Shown here: piece by piece, positions 17,699-25,650 of the stretch
Position numbering within the stretch: position 1 is the first letter of the stretch
Layout: the number at the start of each line of letters is the position of its first letter
Notes under the pieces: generated by a model
What the model saw: the letters and a program-made list of their open reading frames with translations, nothing else
What the model was told of the DNA's origin: nothing
The model's database searches: none
Translations under genes and position numbers: made by a program
DNA from: Puniceicoccales bacterium
GTDB lineage: Bacteria; Verrucomicrobiota; Verrucomicrobiia; Opitutales; JAIRLM01
Assembly: GCA_031268795.1 (NCBI GenBank)
Contig: JAIRWT010000008.1
Location: 106,619-138,618 of the forward strand
Length of the DNA stretch: 32,000 nt
Direction of reading: 5' to 3'

Positions 17699-18560
17699 TG
17701 ATCCCTAAGTAGTGAACTTCCAATTGCAGTTCAATGGCGAATTTTTGGCGTATGGTTCCGCGGATAAGTTCAATAAGCGCTAACACATCTTTGCAGGTTG
17801 CATTTCCTTGATTGATAATAAAATTGCCATGCATTTCGGAAATCTGCGCACCACCAATCGTATAGCCCTTGAGTCCAACATCATCGATTAATTTTCCCGC
17901 CGAATGACCGATCGGATTTTTAAATATGCTTCCCGCGCTAGCGCCAATGGGTTGATGATCGTTCCTCCAACGGCGCAGTTCAAGCTGCCGTCGTCGAATT
18001 TCCTCATCCGGAACTGGCGGGCCATCCGTATGCAAAATAACGGAAAGTAGCACGTCCAATCCTCCCAGCTGGCAATGGCGATAGGAAAATTGCGGTTGCG
18101 CATTGGAAATGGTAATGCCATTTTTGTGTAAAAATCGGACGGATTCCACGAAATCGCCTACACTTTTCCCGTGGGCGCCGGCGTTCATTACTACCGCTCC
18201 ACCAATGGTTCCCGGAATGCCGCATAAAAATTCAAAATCGCCGATGCCATTGCGTGCGCAGAAGGCGCAAAAGTGTCCCGTCGGCACGGAAGCTTCAACG
18301 GATAGCCGTCCGTCAAATTTGACAATACGGCCCAATTGCCCAGATTTCAGCCGCAACAACATGCCGGAGTAACCTTCATCGGAAGCAAGCAAATTAGATC
18401 CTCGGCCGATAATGCAGTGCGGAATTCCACTCCTCGTGGCCTGCCGAATTAGGGACTTCAATTCCTCCACGGATTCCGCTTCAGCGAAAAAGCGGGTGCA
18501 CCCACCGATGCGTAGTGTAGTTAACCGGCTAATGGGATAATACTCTAAAATCTTACCCAT
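17679..18560 (-). CDS. murB: UDP-N-acetylenolpyruvoylglucosamine reductase
   Basis: FAD-binding domain motifs TLRIGGCTRFF, IIGRGSNLL and GIPGTIGGAVVMNAGAHG, with a MurB C-terminal domain. ATG 18560 has AAGGA upstream; the TTG at 18608 is the ORF-track start. Confidence 0.85.
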   Translation of the reverse strand: MGKILEYYPISRLTTLRIGGCTRFFAEAESVEELKSLIRQATRSGIPHCIIGRGSNLLASDEGYSGMLLRLKSGQLGRIVKFDGRLSVEASVPTGHFCAFCARNGIGDFEFLCGIPGTIGGAVVMNAGAHGKSVGDFVESVRFLHKNGITISNAQPQFSYRHCQLGGLDVLLSVILHTDGPPVPDEEIRRRQLELRRWRNDHQPIGASAGSIFKNPIGHSAGKLIDDVGLKGYTIGGAQISEMHGNFIINQGNATCKDVLALIELIRGTIRQKFAIELQLEVHYLGISGFENI

Positions 18561-18726
18561 CGACCAATCCTTCGCAGGATGACGCAGCGAATGGAGCGGA
18601 AAAAACAATTGACAAACGTATTTTATTTGTCATCAGCGGATTAACTCCTTTACACATTCTTTTTTCTCGTTAACTGTCGCAACTAAAGCTTGCCATTTCC
18701 CAAATGCCATCAAAATCACGCCCAAC

Positions 18727-20562
18727 ATGTCCGATTCGGAGCCGCGTCATACCCAGGAAACATCATCCACTCCCGTTCGTGCGTCAAGGGAGGCTCTAAA
18801 ATCAGCTGTAACGGCGGCAAGATCCAACGAAGTGCCATCGGCAAAGTCACCTAGGGCGAGCGATGAAAGTCTCGATGATGGCGCGTTGGGTACCGCCAGG
18901 CAGCGCATCAAGGATCTGGTGGAACTTGCAAAAAACCAGGGATATGTGTCATTCGATGACATCAACGCCTCCCTCGGAGAGGAGACAGAGGTTTCGGAAA
19001 ACGATATTGAGAACATTATCAACATTTTAGAAAATCTAGAGATTCAAGTTCTTGATTCGGATGAAATTGTCCAGCATGAACGCGAGGATAAGGAGCGGTT
19101 AGAAAATCGTATCTATGAAGATCAATTGGCCACGGCCAACGAAGATCCGGTCCGCACCTATCTGCGACAAATGGGCAAAGTTCCCCTCCTTACCAGGGAC
19201 CAGGAAATCAGCATTTCTAAGCGCATCGAATCCGCCGAACAAAAGGCACAGGATGAGCTTTTTTCCGTCCGGTTTACCGCAAATTATCTTTTGGACATCG
19301 CGCGTAAACTGAGCGTTCGTGATGAGCGTTTTGATCAAATTGTCCTCGATAAAAAAATTGAAAGCCGTGAGGCATACTATCAGATTCTTCCACGCCTCAT
19401 CCAGGACAGCGAAACGCTGTTGAAGAAGATTGAGGAGGTCGCCACGGAATTGGAAGCGGCCACAGATGCGGAACTGCGGGTCAAATTAGCGCTGCGCGTC
19501 CGTAATTTTGAAATGCAATTGAAGCAAATTTTAAAGCGCTTTTGTTTTAAAATGAAGCTTTTTGAGGATTTTCTGTCCGACAAAGCGTCCCTATTGCGTC
19601 GCCTCCGACGGGATTTGGATTTACTCGATTTGGACAAACGACGGCCAATTCGCCCGCAGGAACTTAAGCAAATTGAGCAGGATTTGGCTGATTTTCGCAA
19701 GGAATACCACACCGAGCCGGCCATACTTTTTGACATTTTGCAGCGTTTCCGCAAGCAGATGAAGGCTCTTCACACCGCAAAGACGGAAATGGTCGCGGCC
19801 AACTTGCGGTTAGTCATTAGCATTGCAAAAAAATACATCAACCGCGGTCTATCATTTCTGGATCTTATCCAAGAGGGAAACATCGGTCTCATCAAGGCCG
19901 TAGAGAAATTTGAATATCGCCGGGGCTATAAATTCTCCACCTACGCCACCTGGTGGATTCGTCAGGCCATTACCCGTTCCATCGCCGACCAGGCACGCAC
20001 CGTGCGCATTCCCGTGCACATGATCGAGACACTCAACCGTGTGATGCAGGCGCAAAAGCAGTTGCTCCAGGAATTGGGGCACGAACCGACACCGGAGGAA
20101 GTGGCCAATGAAATGGGCATGCCCGTGGAACGGGTGCAGAGCATAATGAAGATGGCGCAACAGCCCATTTCCCTTCAAAGTCCCGTCGGCGATGGCGAAG
20201 ATTCATGCTTTGGAGATTTCATTGAGGATAAGTCCGCCGGCGACCCCCACAACATAGCTGCAAACAGTCTTCTCCGGGAAAAAATTCGCGAAATTTTGGG
20301 CTCGCTCTCGGAGAGGGAACAAAAGGTGCTTTCAATGCGCTTTGGGCTGGAAGATGGCTACAGCCACACATTGGAGGAGGTGGGACAGCTGTTTAGTGTG
20401 ACCAGGGAGCGCATCCGTCAAATAGAGGCTAAGGCTTTACGAAAAATGCGCCATCCCACGCGCATTCGGCAGTTGCATGGATTTTTTGGCAATAATCCAA
20501 CGCCGAAGGGCGATGGATTCGACAGTTTTCGAAAGCGTCGTCAGCACGCGCAAAAGGGTTGA
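18727..20562 (+). CDS. rpoD: primary RNA polymerase sigma factor (sigma70 family)
   Basis: Region 2 [27 protein letters not shown], region 4.2 [29 protein letters not shown], an acidic region 1.1 and a long non-conserved spacer. 611 aa. Confidence 0.95.
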   Translation: MSDSEPRHTQETSSTPVRASREALKSAVTAARSNEVPSAKSPRASDESLDDGALGTARQRIKDLVELAKNQGYVSFDDINASLGEETEVSENDIENIINILENLEIQVLDSDEIVQHEREDKERLENRIYEDQLATANEDPVRTYLRQMGKVPLLTRDQEISISKRIESAEQKAQDELFSVRFTANYLLDIARKLSVRDERFDQIVLDKKIESREAYYQILPRLIQDSETLLKKIEEVATELEAATDAELRVKLALRVRNFEMQLKQILKRFCFKMKLFEDFLSDKASLLRRLRRDLDLLDLDKRRPIRPQELKQIEQDLADFRKEYHTEPAILFDILQRFRKQMKALHTAKTEMVAANLRLVISIAKKYINRGLSFLDLIQEGNIGLIKAVEKFEYRRGYKFSTYATWWIRQAITRSIADQARTVRIPVHMIETLNRVMQAQKQLLQELGHEPTPEEVANEMGMPVERVQSIMKMAQQPISLQSPVGDGEDSCFGDFIEDKSAGDPHNIAANSLLREKIREILGSLSEREQKVLSMRFGLEDGYSHTLEEVGQLFSVTRERIRQIEAKALRKMRHPTRIRQLHGFFGNNPTPKGDGFDSFRKRRQHAQKG

Positions 20563-20642
20563 ATCGCCTTGGGAGGGTTCAAAAAAAACTTTACACGAAA
20601 TGGGGAGCGAAAGAGTGTCTCCCTCGAGAAGGATCTTGCATC

Positions 20643-20744
20643 ATGGGCAACCTAAAGAAAAAGCGGCGACTGAAAATGAATAAACATAAACGGCGGAAGC
20701 AGTCCCGCGCATCACGGCATAAAAAACGTACGTGGGGGTCCTAG
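20643..20744 (+). CDS. 33-aa highly basic peptide resembling ribosomal protein bS22 (AURKAIP1/COX24-like)
   Basis: [33 protein letters not shown]. Same length as my recollection of mycobacterial bS22 ([33 protein letters not shown]), with 15 identical positions by eye. GAAGGA lies 9 nt upstream of ATG 20643. Sits between rpoD and tsaD. Confidence 0.6.
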   Translation: MGNLKKKRRLKMNKHKRRKQSRASRHKKRTWGS

Positions 20745-20750
20745 GACGCC

Positions 20751-21758
20751 ATGCGGATTTTGGCTATTGAAAGTTCCTGTGATGAGTCCGCTGTAGCCGT
20801 ATTGGATGGTGAATCGCGGCGATTTACCCACGAGTTTATAAGTTCACAGATTGCCATTCATCGGCAATTTGGGGGCGTTGTCCCCGATTTGGCTGGTCGT
20901 GAGCATCGTTTTGCGTTGCCAAAGCTCATAGAGCGCTGGCGTGAAAGTGATTCGTTTGTTGCCCCGGATATGATTGCCATAACTTATGGTCCTGGTTTGG
21001 CTTGCGCTTTAGATGCCGGGCTGAGTGTTGCACGGGAGTTAGCAAATTTTTACGAATGCCCCTTGCTCGGCATTAATCATCTGCGCGGCCATGCATTGTC
21101 GCCATTCATTCCGATGTGGCAGGAAAATCAGCCGTGGTCAGATTTCTTTCCGCATTTGGGGCTTCTGGTATCCGGAGGAAATACGCTGCTGTTTTCCATG
21201 AATGAAAGTTTTATTATCCAAGTACTTGCAGAAACAGTGGATGATGCCGCTGGCGAGGCTTTGGATAAGGGAGCCAGAATGCTGGGCTTGCCGTACCCGG
21301 GAGGTGGACCAATAGAAAAGTTGGCTCGTGGAGGTAATGCGAAAGCTTATAACTTTCCGCGGGCATTTACGCCGAGCACCAGAAAATTTAGCTTTTCCGG
21401 GCTTAAAACCTCACTGCTGTACCAGCTACAAAAAATGCAGGCCGATGAAATTTTGCAATGCAAATCGGATTTATGCGCCAGCTATTTGCAGGCCGTTTGT
21501 GATGCTTTGGTCAAGAAGGTTGACTACATAACCGGTGAATTCGGACCCAGGAGCATCGGATTTTCGGGCGGTGTATCACAAAATGGTATATTACGCGGCG
21601 AAATGGAGAACATTTGTTCCCGGAGAAACTTGCCATTACTGCTCACACCTCGCCAATACTGCGGCGACAACGCATCCATGATTGCCTTTGCGGCAATGGT
21701 CGATGCAAGCAGCGGAGAAATTTCTCCAACGCGGTTTCATCCAAAGCTAAAGTTATAA
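20751..21758 (+). CDS. tsaD: tRNA N6-adenosine threonylcarbamoyltransferase
   Basis: MRILAIESSCDESAVAVLDG N-terminus, GINHLRGH metal-binding motif, Kae1/TsaD length of 335 aa. Confidence 0.9.
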   Translation: MRILAIESSCDESAVAVLDGESRRFTHEFISSQIAIHRQFGGVVPDLAGREHRFALPKLIERWRESDSFVAPDMIAITYGPGLACALDAGLSVARELANFYECPLLGINHLRGHALSPFIPMWQENQPWSDFFPHLGLLVSGGNTLLFSMNESFIIQVLAETVDDAAGEALDKGARMLGLPYPGGGPIEKLARGGNAKAYNFPRAFTPSTRKFSFSGLKTSLLYQLQKMQADEILQCKSDLCASYLQAVCDALVKKVDYITGEFGPRSIGFSGGVSQNGILRGEMENICSRRNLPLLLTPRQYCGDNASMIAFAAMVDASSGEISPTRFHPKLKL

Positions 21759-22158
21759 AAAACTCCGATGAACAAACTCGAAAATTTCCTCGCTTATGGG
21801 AAATATTAGCGTTGGTAAATCTGAAGGGTTAACTAATTAACCAACACATGGTGACATATTTAAGGTTGGTTGCAGATTTTGCGAGAAAAATTCGCTAAAA
21901 TTTTTAGCATCAACGGGAAGAAACCCCGCTCTATTCACTGCCCATGTTTTGACACTCTGCCATAAACCTCGGATTTCAAATTATGCGATTGGAGTGTTTT
22001 TATCTTGACAATGATGATGGCATCCCTGACTGTGTGAGGATGTTGCAATCTATTTCGTGTGTGCCGCAAATGCCATGTGGGCAGGTTCCGGTCGCGCCAG
22101 ACTTGTCTTCTGACAAAAATGCCCTGGGGGGCGTATTTCAACGGGAAAAATCAATCAT

Positions 22159-23034
22159 TTGTGGCATTTTCTTGTGAATTTTTTAAAACAATTTTCTATC
22201 CTATTCTGGCTTCGAGCGAAGTGCAACTACCGCTCCATTGAACAAGAGTTGATCTTTGATCCAGCTAGATCGATCGGTCCTCGGCTTGTCCCATCGCGGT
22301 CGCAAAGTGAGCCAATTGCAGTAGTTCAGCCGCCAGAAATGCCATCGCTAACATGCGGCGTTACAGAACTTCAAAGGTGCGACATTCATGAGATTGAGGG
22401 GGATTTTACAACCTCTTCAACGGTTCTATCGAAGTCGCTGGAGCGGGCGGTGGTGTATTCCGAGAGAATAAGCGATCCTGAGAAAAGAGCGCGCATTAAT
22501 GCATTTTTAACGAATTTTGCGGAATTTGTGACTCACCTCAGAAAAAATCGAGATTTACCAAATTGTGGTTCAGATGCGGAAGGTATGTTTGTAAAGGTTG
22601 GTTCTGGTGATGACGCCAAGATTGTAGTAACTGCTAGTATTGTCAGTGAAGCTTGCTCCCTGTTGGACGAGATGTCTCCATCTGAAGTGCAAGATTTCAT
22701 GACGTCCATCGTTATTGAAACCTGTAGATGTAATGACTGTGTCAAAACAAACCTTCAAAGAGATTTATTAGTATATAGAATTAAATATGGGCCGCAGTTA
22801 CCTGAAAGGCATATTTATTGGTTGCGGGAAATATATGAATTTCTTCGCAATATAAAGTCGCCTGCGGAGGTGCAGTTTGCTCAATTGCAGGTTCAGGCGG
22901 CAGAGGTTCAGTCTGAGCTGGCGCGGCTAACAGCTGAATCGGCGGCGCATGGAGCTGAAGCGGCAGCGCACAGGCGATCAACGACAGACAATGGATTGAG
23001 TTCAAACGGAAGTTTATTCCGTCCTGCTCAGTGA
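22159..23034 (+). CDS. hypothetical protein (291 aa), C-terminal coiled-coil-like Ala/Gln/Glu-rich region
   Basis: The ORF is open from 22114. The only start candidates are TTG 22159, GTG 22174 and ATG 22339 (M61). No family motif. C-terminus AEVQFAQLQVQAAEVQSELARLTAESAAHGAEAAA. The start is uncertain (see the G6-tract finding). Confidence 0.5.
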   Translation: MWHFLVNFLKQFSILFWLRAKCNYRSIEQELIFDPARSIGPRLVPSRSQSEPIAVVQPPEMPSLTCGVTELQRCDIHEIEGDFTTSSTVLSKSLERAVVYSERISDPEKRARINAFLTNFAEFVTHLRKNRDLPNCGSDAEGMFVKVGSGDDAKIVVTASIVSEACSLLDEMSPSEVQDFMTSIVIETCRCNDCVKTNLQRDLLVYRIKYGPQLPERHIYWLREIYEFLRNIKSPAEVQFAQLQVQAAEVQSELARLTAESAAHGAEAAAHRRSTTDNGLSSNGSLFRPAQ

Positions 23035-23061
23035 TGTAAAAATTCGAATTTAAAAAGTCCT

Positions 23062-24192
23062 TTATCGCGTGCTGGTGCCAATCGTTAGCAACGATGGGAT
23101 TGCAATAGCCGCAAGCGCAAACGTTGGTATCCAAGCTATTAGGTCAACTCTGAAATCAGGATTAATTTGCCACCAGGAAACGACGATGGTAAAAAGGTAG
23201 TACCCAAGAACCAACGTTAGAGCAGTTAGGATTCCCGCAAAGCTTTCCTTCTGTTTTATGCGAGTGCCCAATGGAATTGCACTGGCCGCAAGTAAAAATG
23301 TGGCCACCGCTGCAGAGATGTGTTGTTGGAGAATATAATTAGCGGCAATGAATTTTCGTTGCCCCATCCGCTGCGATTTCAGGGATGAATTGCCGTCCTT
23401 ACTTTCCCTTAAAACAGCCATCAATTCAAAAAAATCACAATGCTTTAGCGGCTTAATCCAGTTTGGCTCATTGGCGGATGTGTTGTCGGAAAGATTTAAA
23501 ATAAGATCGTTGAAATAAAGTATCGGTAACGTAGAAGATTCTTTTTTTTCATAGTATTCTGCAATTCCATTGTTAAGTTTAATTAGCAGTCCGTTATCGC
23601 CTTTCGAAAACGCCCCCTCCGCGGCATGCAAATGGAAATTTATTTGTCCGCTGTCGCTAAGTTCCCAGATGTGAATTCCTACGGTCTTAGCACCAGCTTG
23701 ACCTCCAATAAATAAAATATACCCGGAAAAATCTTTAATAAACTCGTTCGGACGAATGAATCGCATTGGGTCTTGAAAGACCATATTTCGTAAACTTTTG
23801 CGGTAAAAATGAATTGCCCGAGGCGCGTAAAATAAATTGATACCCAGTGCTAAGGCTGCGGCCAAAAACCCTAAAAGGAGAATTGGCGCAAAAATGGGCA
23901 ACATGGAGACTCCAGAGGCTTGTAAAACCAAAAATTCATTCTGCGAAGACATTCGTCCGATGACGATCAAAATACCCGCAACTAAACCCAGCGGCAGGGC
24001 ATGGGCTGCTACCGACGGAAGAAGCATTAGTAGTGCTTTTAGAAAAAAAATGAAAGTCATTTGTCCGCCGCCGACAAATCGAAATAAATCCTTGATGGCA
24101 TTCCCCGCCAAAAGAACGCCGACAAAAAATATGCAAGCCAAAATGCACGCTTGGGTCGCCCGCAAAAAAATGTGCCGCTGAAAGAGCATCAT
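23062..24192 (-). CDS. LptF/LptG-family (YjgP/YjgQ) LPS export permease
   Basis: N-terminal TM bundle with LPSVAAHALPLGLVAGILIVIGRMSSQNEFLVLQASGVS, a central periplasmic beta-jellyroll-sized region, and C-terminal TMs. ATG 24192 lies 1 nt after the GNAT stop; the TTG at 24264 in the track is a spurious extension. Confidence 0.8.
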   Translation of the reverse strand: MMLFQRHIFLRATQACILACIFFVGVLLAGNAIKDLFRFVGGGQMTFIFFLKALLMLLPSVAAHALPLGLVAGILIVIGRMSSQNEFLVLQASGVSMLPIFAPILLLGFLAAALALGINLFYAPRAIHFYRKSLRNMVFQDPMRFIRPNEFIKDFSGYILFIGGQAGAKTVGIHIWELSDSGQINFHLHAAEGAFSKGDNGLLIKLNNGIAEYYEKKESSTLPILYFNDLILNLSDNTSANEPNWIKPLKHCDFFELMAVLRESKDGNSSLKSQRMGQRKFIAANYILQQHISAAVATFLLAASAIPLGTRIKQKESFAGILTALTLVLGYYLFTIVVSWWQINPDFRVDLIAWIPTFALAAIAIPSLLTIGTSTR

Positions 24193-24193
24193 T

Positions 24194-24784
24194 TTACGCG
24201 GACTGCGAGGCTTGATTTTTTTCCTGCTCGCGCAGGCGGCGAGCCCGTAAAAAATCAACTTCAAGCATGCCGTAAATTTTCACATCCTTATAGCTACCGT
24301 TCTTAAAATGGCCCTCCCGCCAACACCCTTCCAGTTGAAATCCCAATTTTTGAGCGACGCGTTGCGAACGGCCGTTCGCAACCATATGGGTTAGATCAAT
24401 GCGATGGAGCTTCAATTCGCTAAAAACGTATTCAATGGCATGCCATGCGGCCTCCGTCATATAGCCATTATTCCAGTAATCACTATCCAACCAATAGCCC
24501 ATTTCGGTTTTGTGGTGATATGTGTCCATGGTAAGGCTGATGATCCCTATGAGCATACTTTGGGATTTTTCAACGATACCCCAATATGCACACTGCTCGG
24601 GCTTAGCCTCAATTACATTTTTTAGCCACACATGCACCTGGTCCGGATTGATGGGATATGAAAAAAAAAGTAAGAAATCAGTCACGTGCCTTTGGCCCAT
24701 GAACTCTACAATGCGATCGCCATCTGAAAGCTCAAGGGGCCGCAATTGCAGGCGCGGTGTCTCAATAATTCTATGCCTCGACAT
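24194..24784 (-). CDS. GNAT N-acetyltransferase (RimJ/RimL-like)
   Basis: IETPRLQLRPLELSDGDRIVEFM N-terminus typical of the RimJ/RimL-type Acetyltransf_3 group, and an acetyl-CoA region NGRSQRVAQKLGFQLEG. ATG 24784. Confidence 0.8.
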   Translation of the reverse strand: MSRHRIIETPRLQLRPLELSDGDRIVEFMGQRHVTDFLLFFSYPINPDQVHVWLKNVIEAKPEQCAYWGIVEKSQSMLIGIISLTMDTYHHKTEMGYWLDSDYWNNGYMTEAAWHAIEYVFSELKLHRIDLTHMVANGRSQRVAQKLGFQLEGCWREGHFKNGSYKDVKIYGMLEVDFLRARRLREQEKNQASQSA

Positions 24785-24860
24785 ACGAAAAATATGCACC
24801 AAATTACTCGGAAATATTTATATTGCAAGCAATTTGGTACTTCACCGTTAAGAGCTGTCA

Positions 24861-25079
24861 TCAGATGCGGCCGAGCTGTGCCGCTCGCATCTGTAATGTT
24901 TGTATCATTGGCGTATTGGGATCCGAAGCGCCATTTGTTCCGCACGCAAACACCCGTCCCTTGTCCTTATTTTCATCTTTTTTGTCCACGATTTGGGCTT
25001 GCGAGGGTATCTCTAAAGGTCGATCTGGACCCGCCTTTCGCACTACGGGATCATCAACACCAGCTAAATCTATCGCCAT
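24861..25079 (-). CDS. hypothetical 72-aa protein
   Basis: ATG 25079 is preceded by a perfect AGGAGG with a 5-nt spacer. Product MAIDLAGVDDPVVRKAGPDRPLEIPSQAQIVDKKDENKDKGRVFACGTNGASDPNTPMIQTLQMRAAQLGRI. The longer ORF-track version (to 25220) runs into the tmRNA 3' end. Confidence 0.5.
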   Translation of the reverse strand: MAIDLAGVDDPVVRKAGPDRPLEIPSQAQIVDKKDENKDKGRVFACGTNGASDPNTPMIQTLQMRAAQLGRI

Positions 25080-25166
25080 ATTTTCCTCCTTTGGATTTCC
25101 GAAGGAAGCATGCGGGAAAATAATGTGGGCGCAAGAAAAATAACAATTTTTTTGAAACCAAGGTTG

Positions 25167-25571
25167 TGGTGGAGGTGGTGGGAGTCGAACCCACGTCCTA
25201 AAAACCCACGGATGGCGCATCTACGTGCGTAGTCGTTGTTTAGTATCTGATTCCGTGGAATTCCAACGGCAAATTTCCACGAAACGGGCGCATTAATCGA
25301 AACATGGAGAAAGCGCGTCATCCACGCCGTTGCCCGCTGCCCGACGCCGTGTCATTCTAGCGGACCGTCAAACGACACGACGGGTTACCATTCCTGGCAA
25401 CCTCACCAGCTAAGCAGCCATTCTTGCCTTACGGCCGAACAGTCCTTTAACCAGTTTTCCCTTTTTGTTTTTGCCATTTCATGACAGTGGGTGGATTATT
25501 AACGGAGTTAACCATCCATCTCCGACACGCCACGCCATCCTACTTTTTCCAGTCGAAACCATGACACCCCC
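25167..25571 (-). ncRNA. ssrA: tmRNA (transfer-messenger RNA)
   Basis: The minus strand reads 5' GGGGGTGTCATGGTTTCGAC ... GGACGTGGGTTCGACTCCCACCACCTCCACCA 3'. The acceptor stem GGGGGUG/CACCUCC has the G3:U pair. T-arm GUGGG-UUCGACU-CCCAC. The encoded CCA is present. An internal tag frame ends ATG GCT GCT TAG (…MAA stop). Confidence 0.9.
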
Positions 25572-25650
25572 CATTTTGGAATTTATTGTCTCGCATTTTC
25601 GCTTTGACAGAAAAATAGCATGGGAGTATTCGTTGAAGGTCAAGTTAAAA

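Noticed and set aside
23035-23061. 12-bp perfect palindrome AAATTCGAATTT (23040-23051) between the convergent 291-aa and lptF/G genes, as a bidirectional terminator
   Set aside because: An AT-only stem with no loop-capable centre and no GC clamp is too weak to call. It may be chance in an AT-rich spacer.
24194-25079. Small protein + GNAT as a TacT/AtaT-type toxin-antitoxin pair
   Set aside because: The GNAT has the RimJ/RimL-type N-terminus (ETPRLxLRP) and is about 196 aa, not the compact tRNA-acetylating toxin type. The 72-aa protein shows no RHH/DUF1778-like pattern, and a 76-nt spacer separates the genes.
24800-25170. ssrA 3' end as an integration site for a genomic island
   Set aside because: No integrase is adjacent and I found no second copy of the tmRNA 3' terminal sequence (GGGAGTCGAACCCAC) elsewhere in the window.
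25080-25220. Long version (119 aa) of minus-strand ORF 24861-25220
   Set aside because: The upstream 47 codons run through the tmRNA 3' acceptor and T-arm, and include a PPPPP stretch that is the reverse reading of the tmRNA end. The internal ATG with AGGAGG is the credible start.
25465-25650. N-terminal 62 codons of ORF-track entry 25465-26229 (the extended CinA-domain ORF)
   Set aside because: They overlap the tmRNA gene on the opposite strand (to 25571) and are not CinA-like. The conserved domain starts after ATG 25651.
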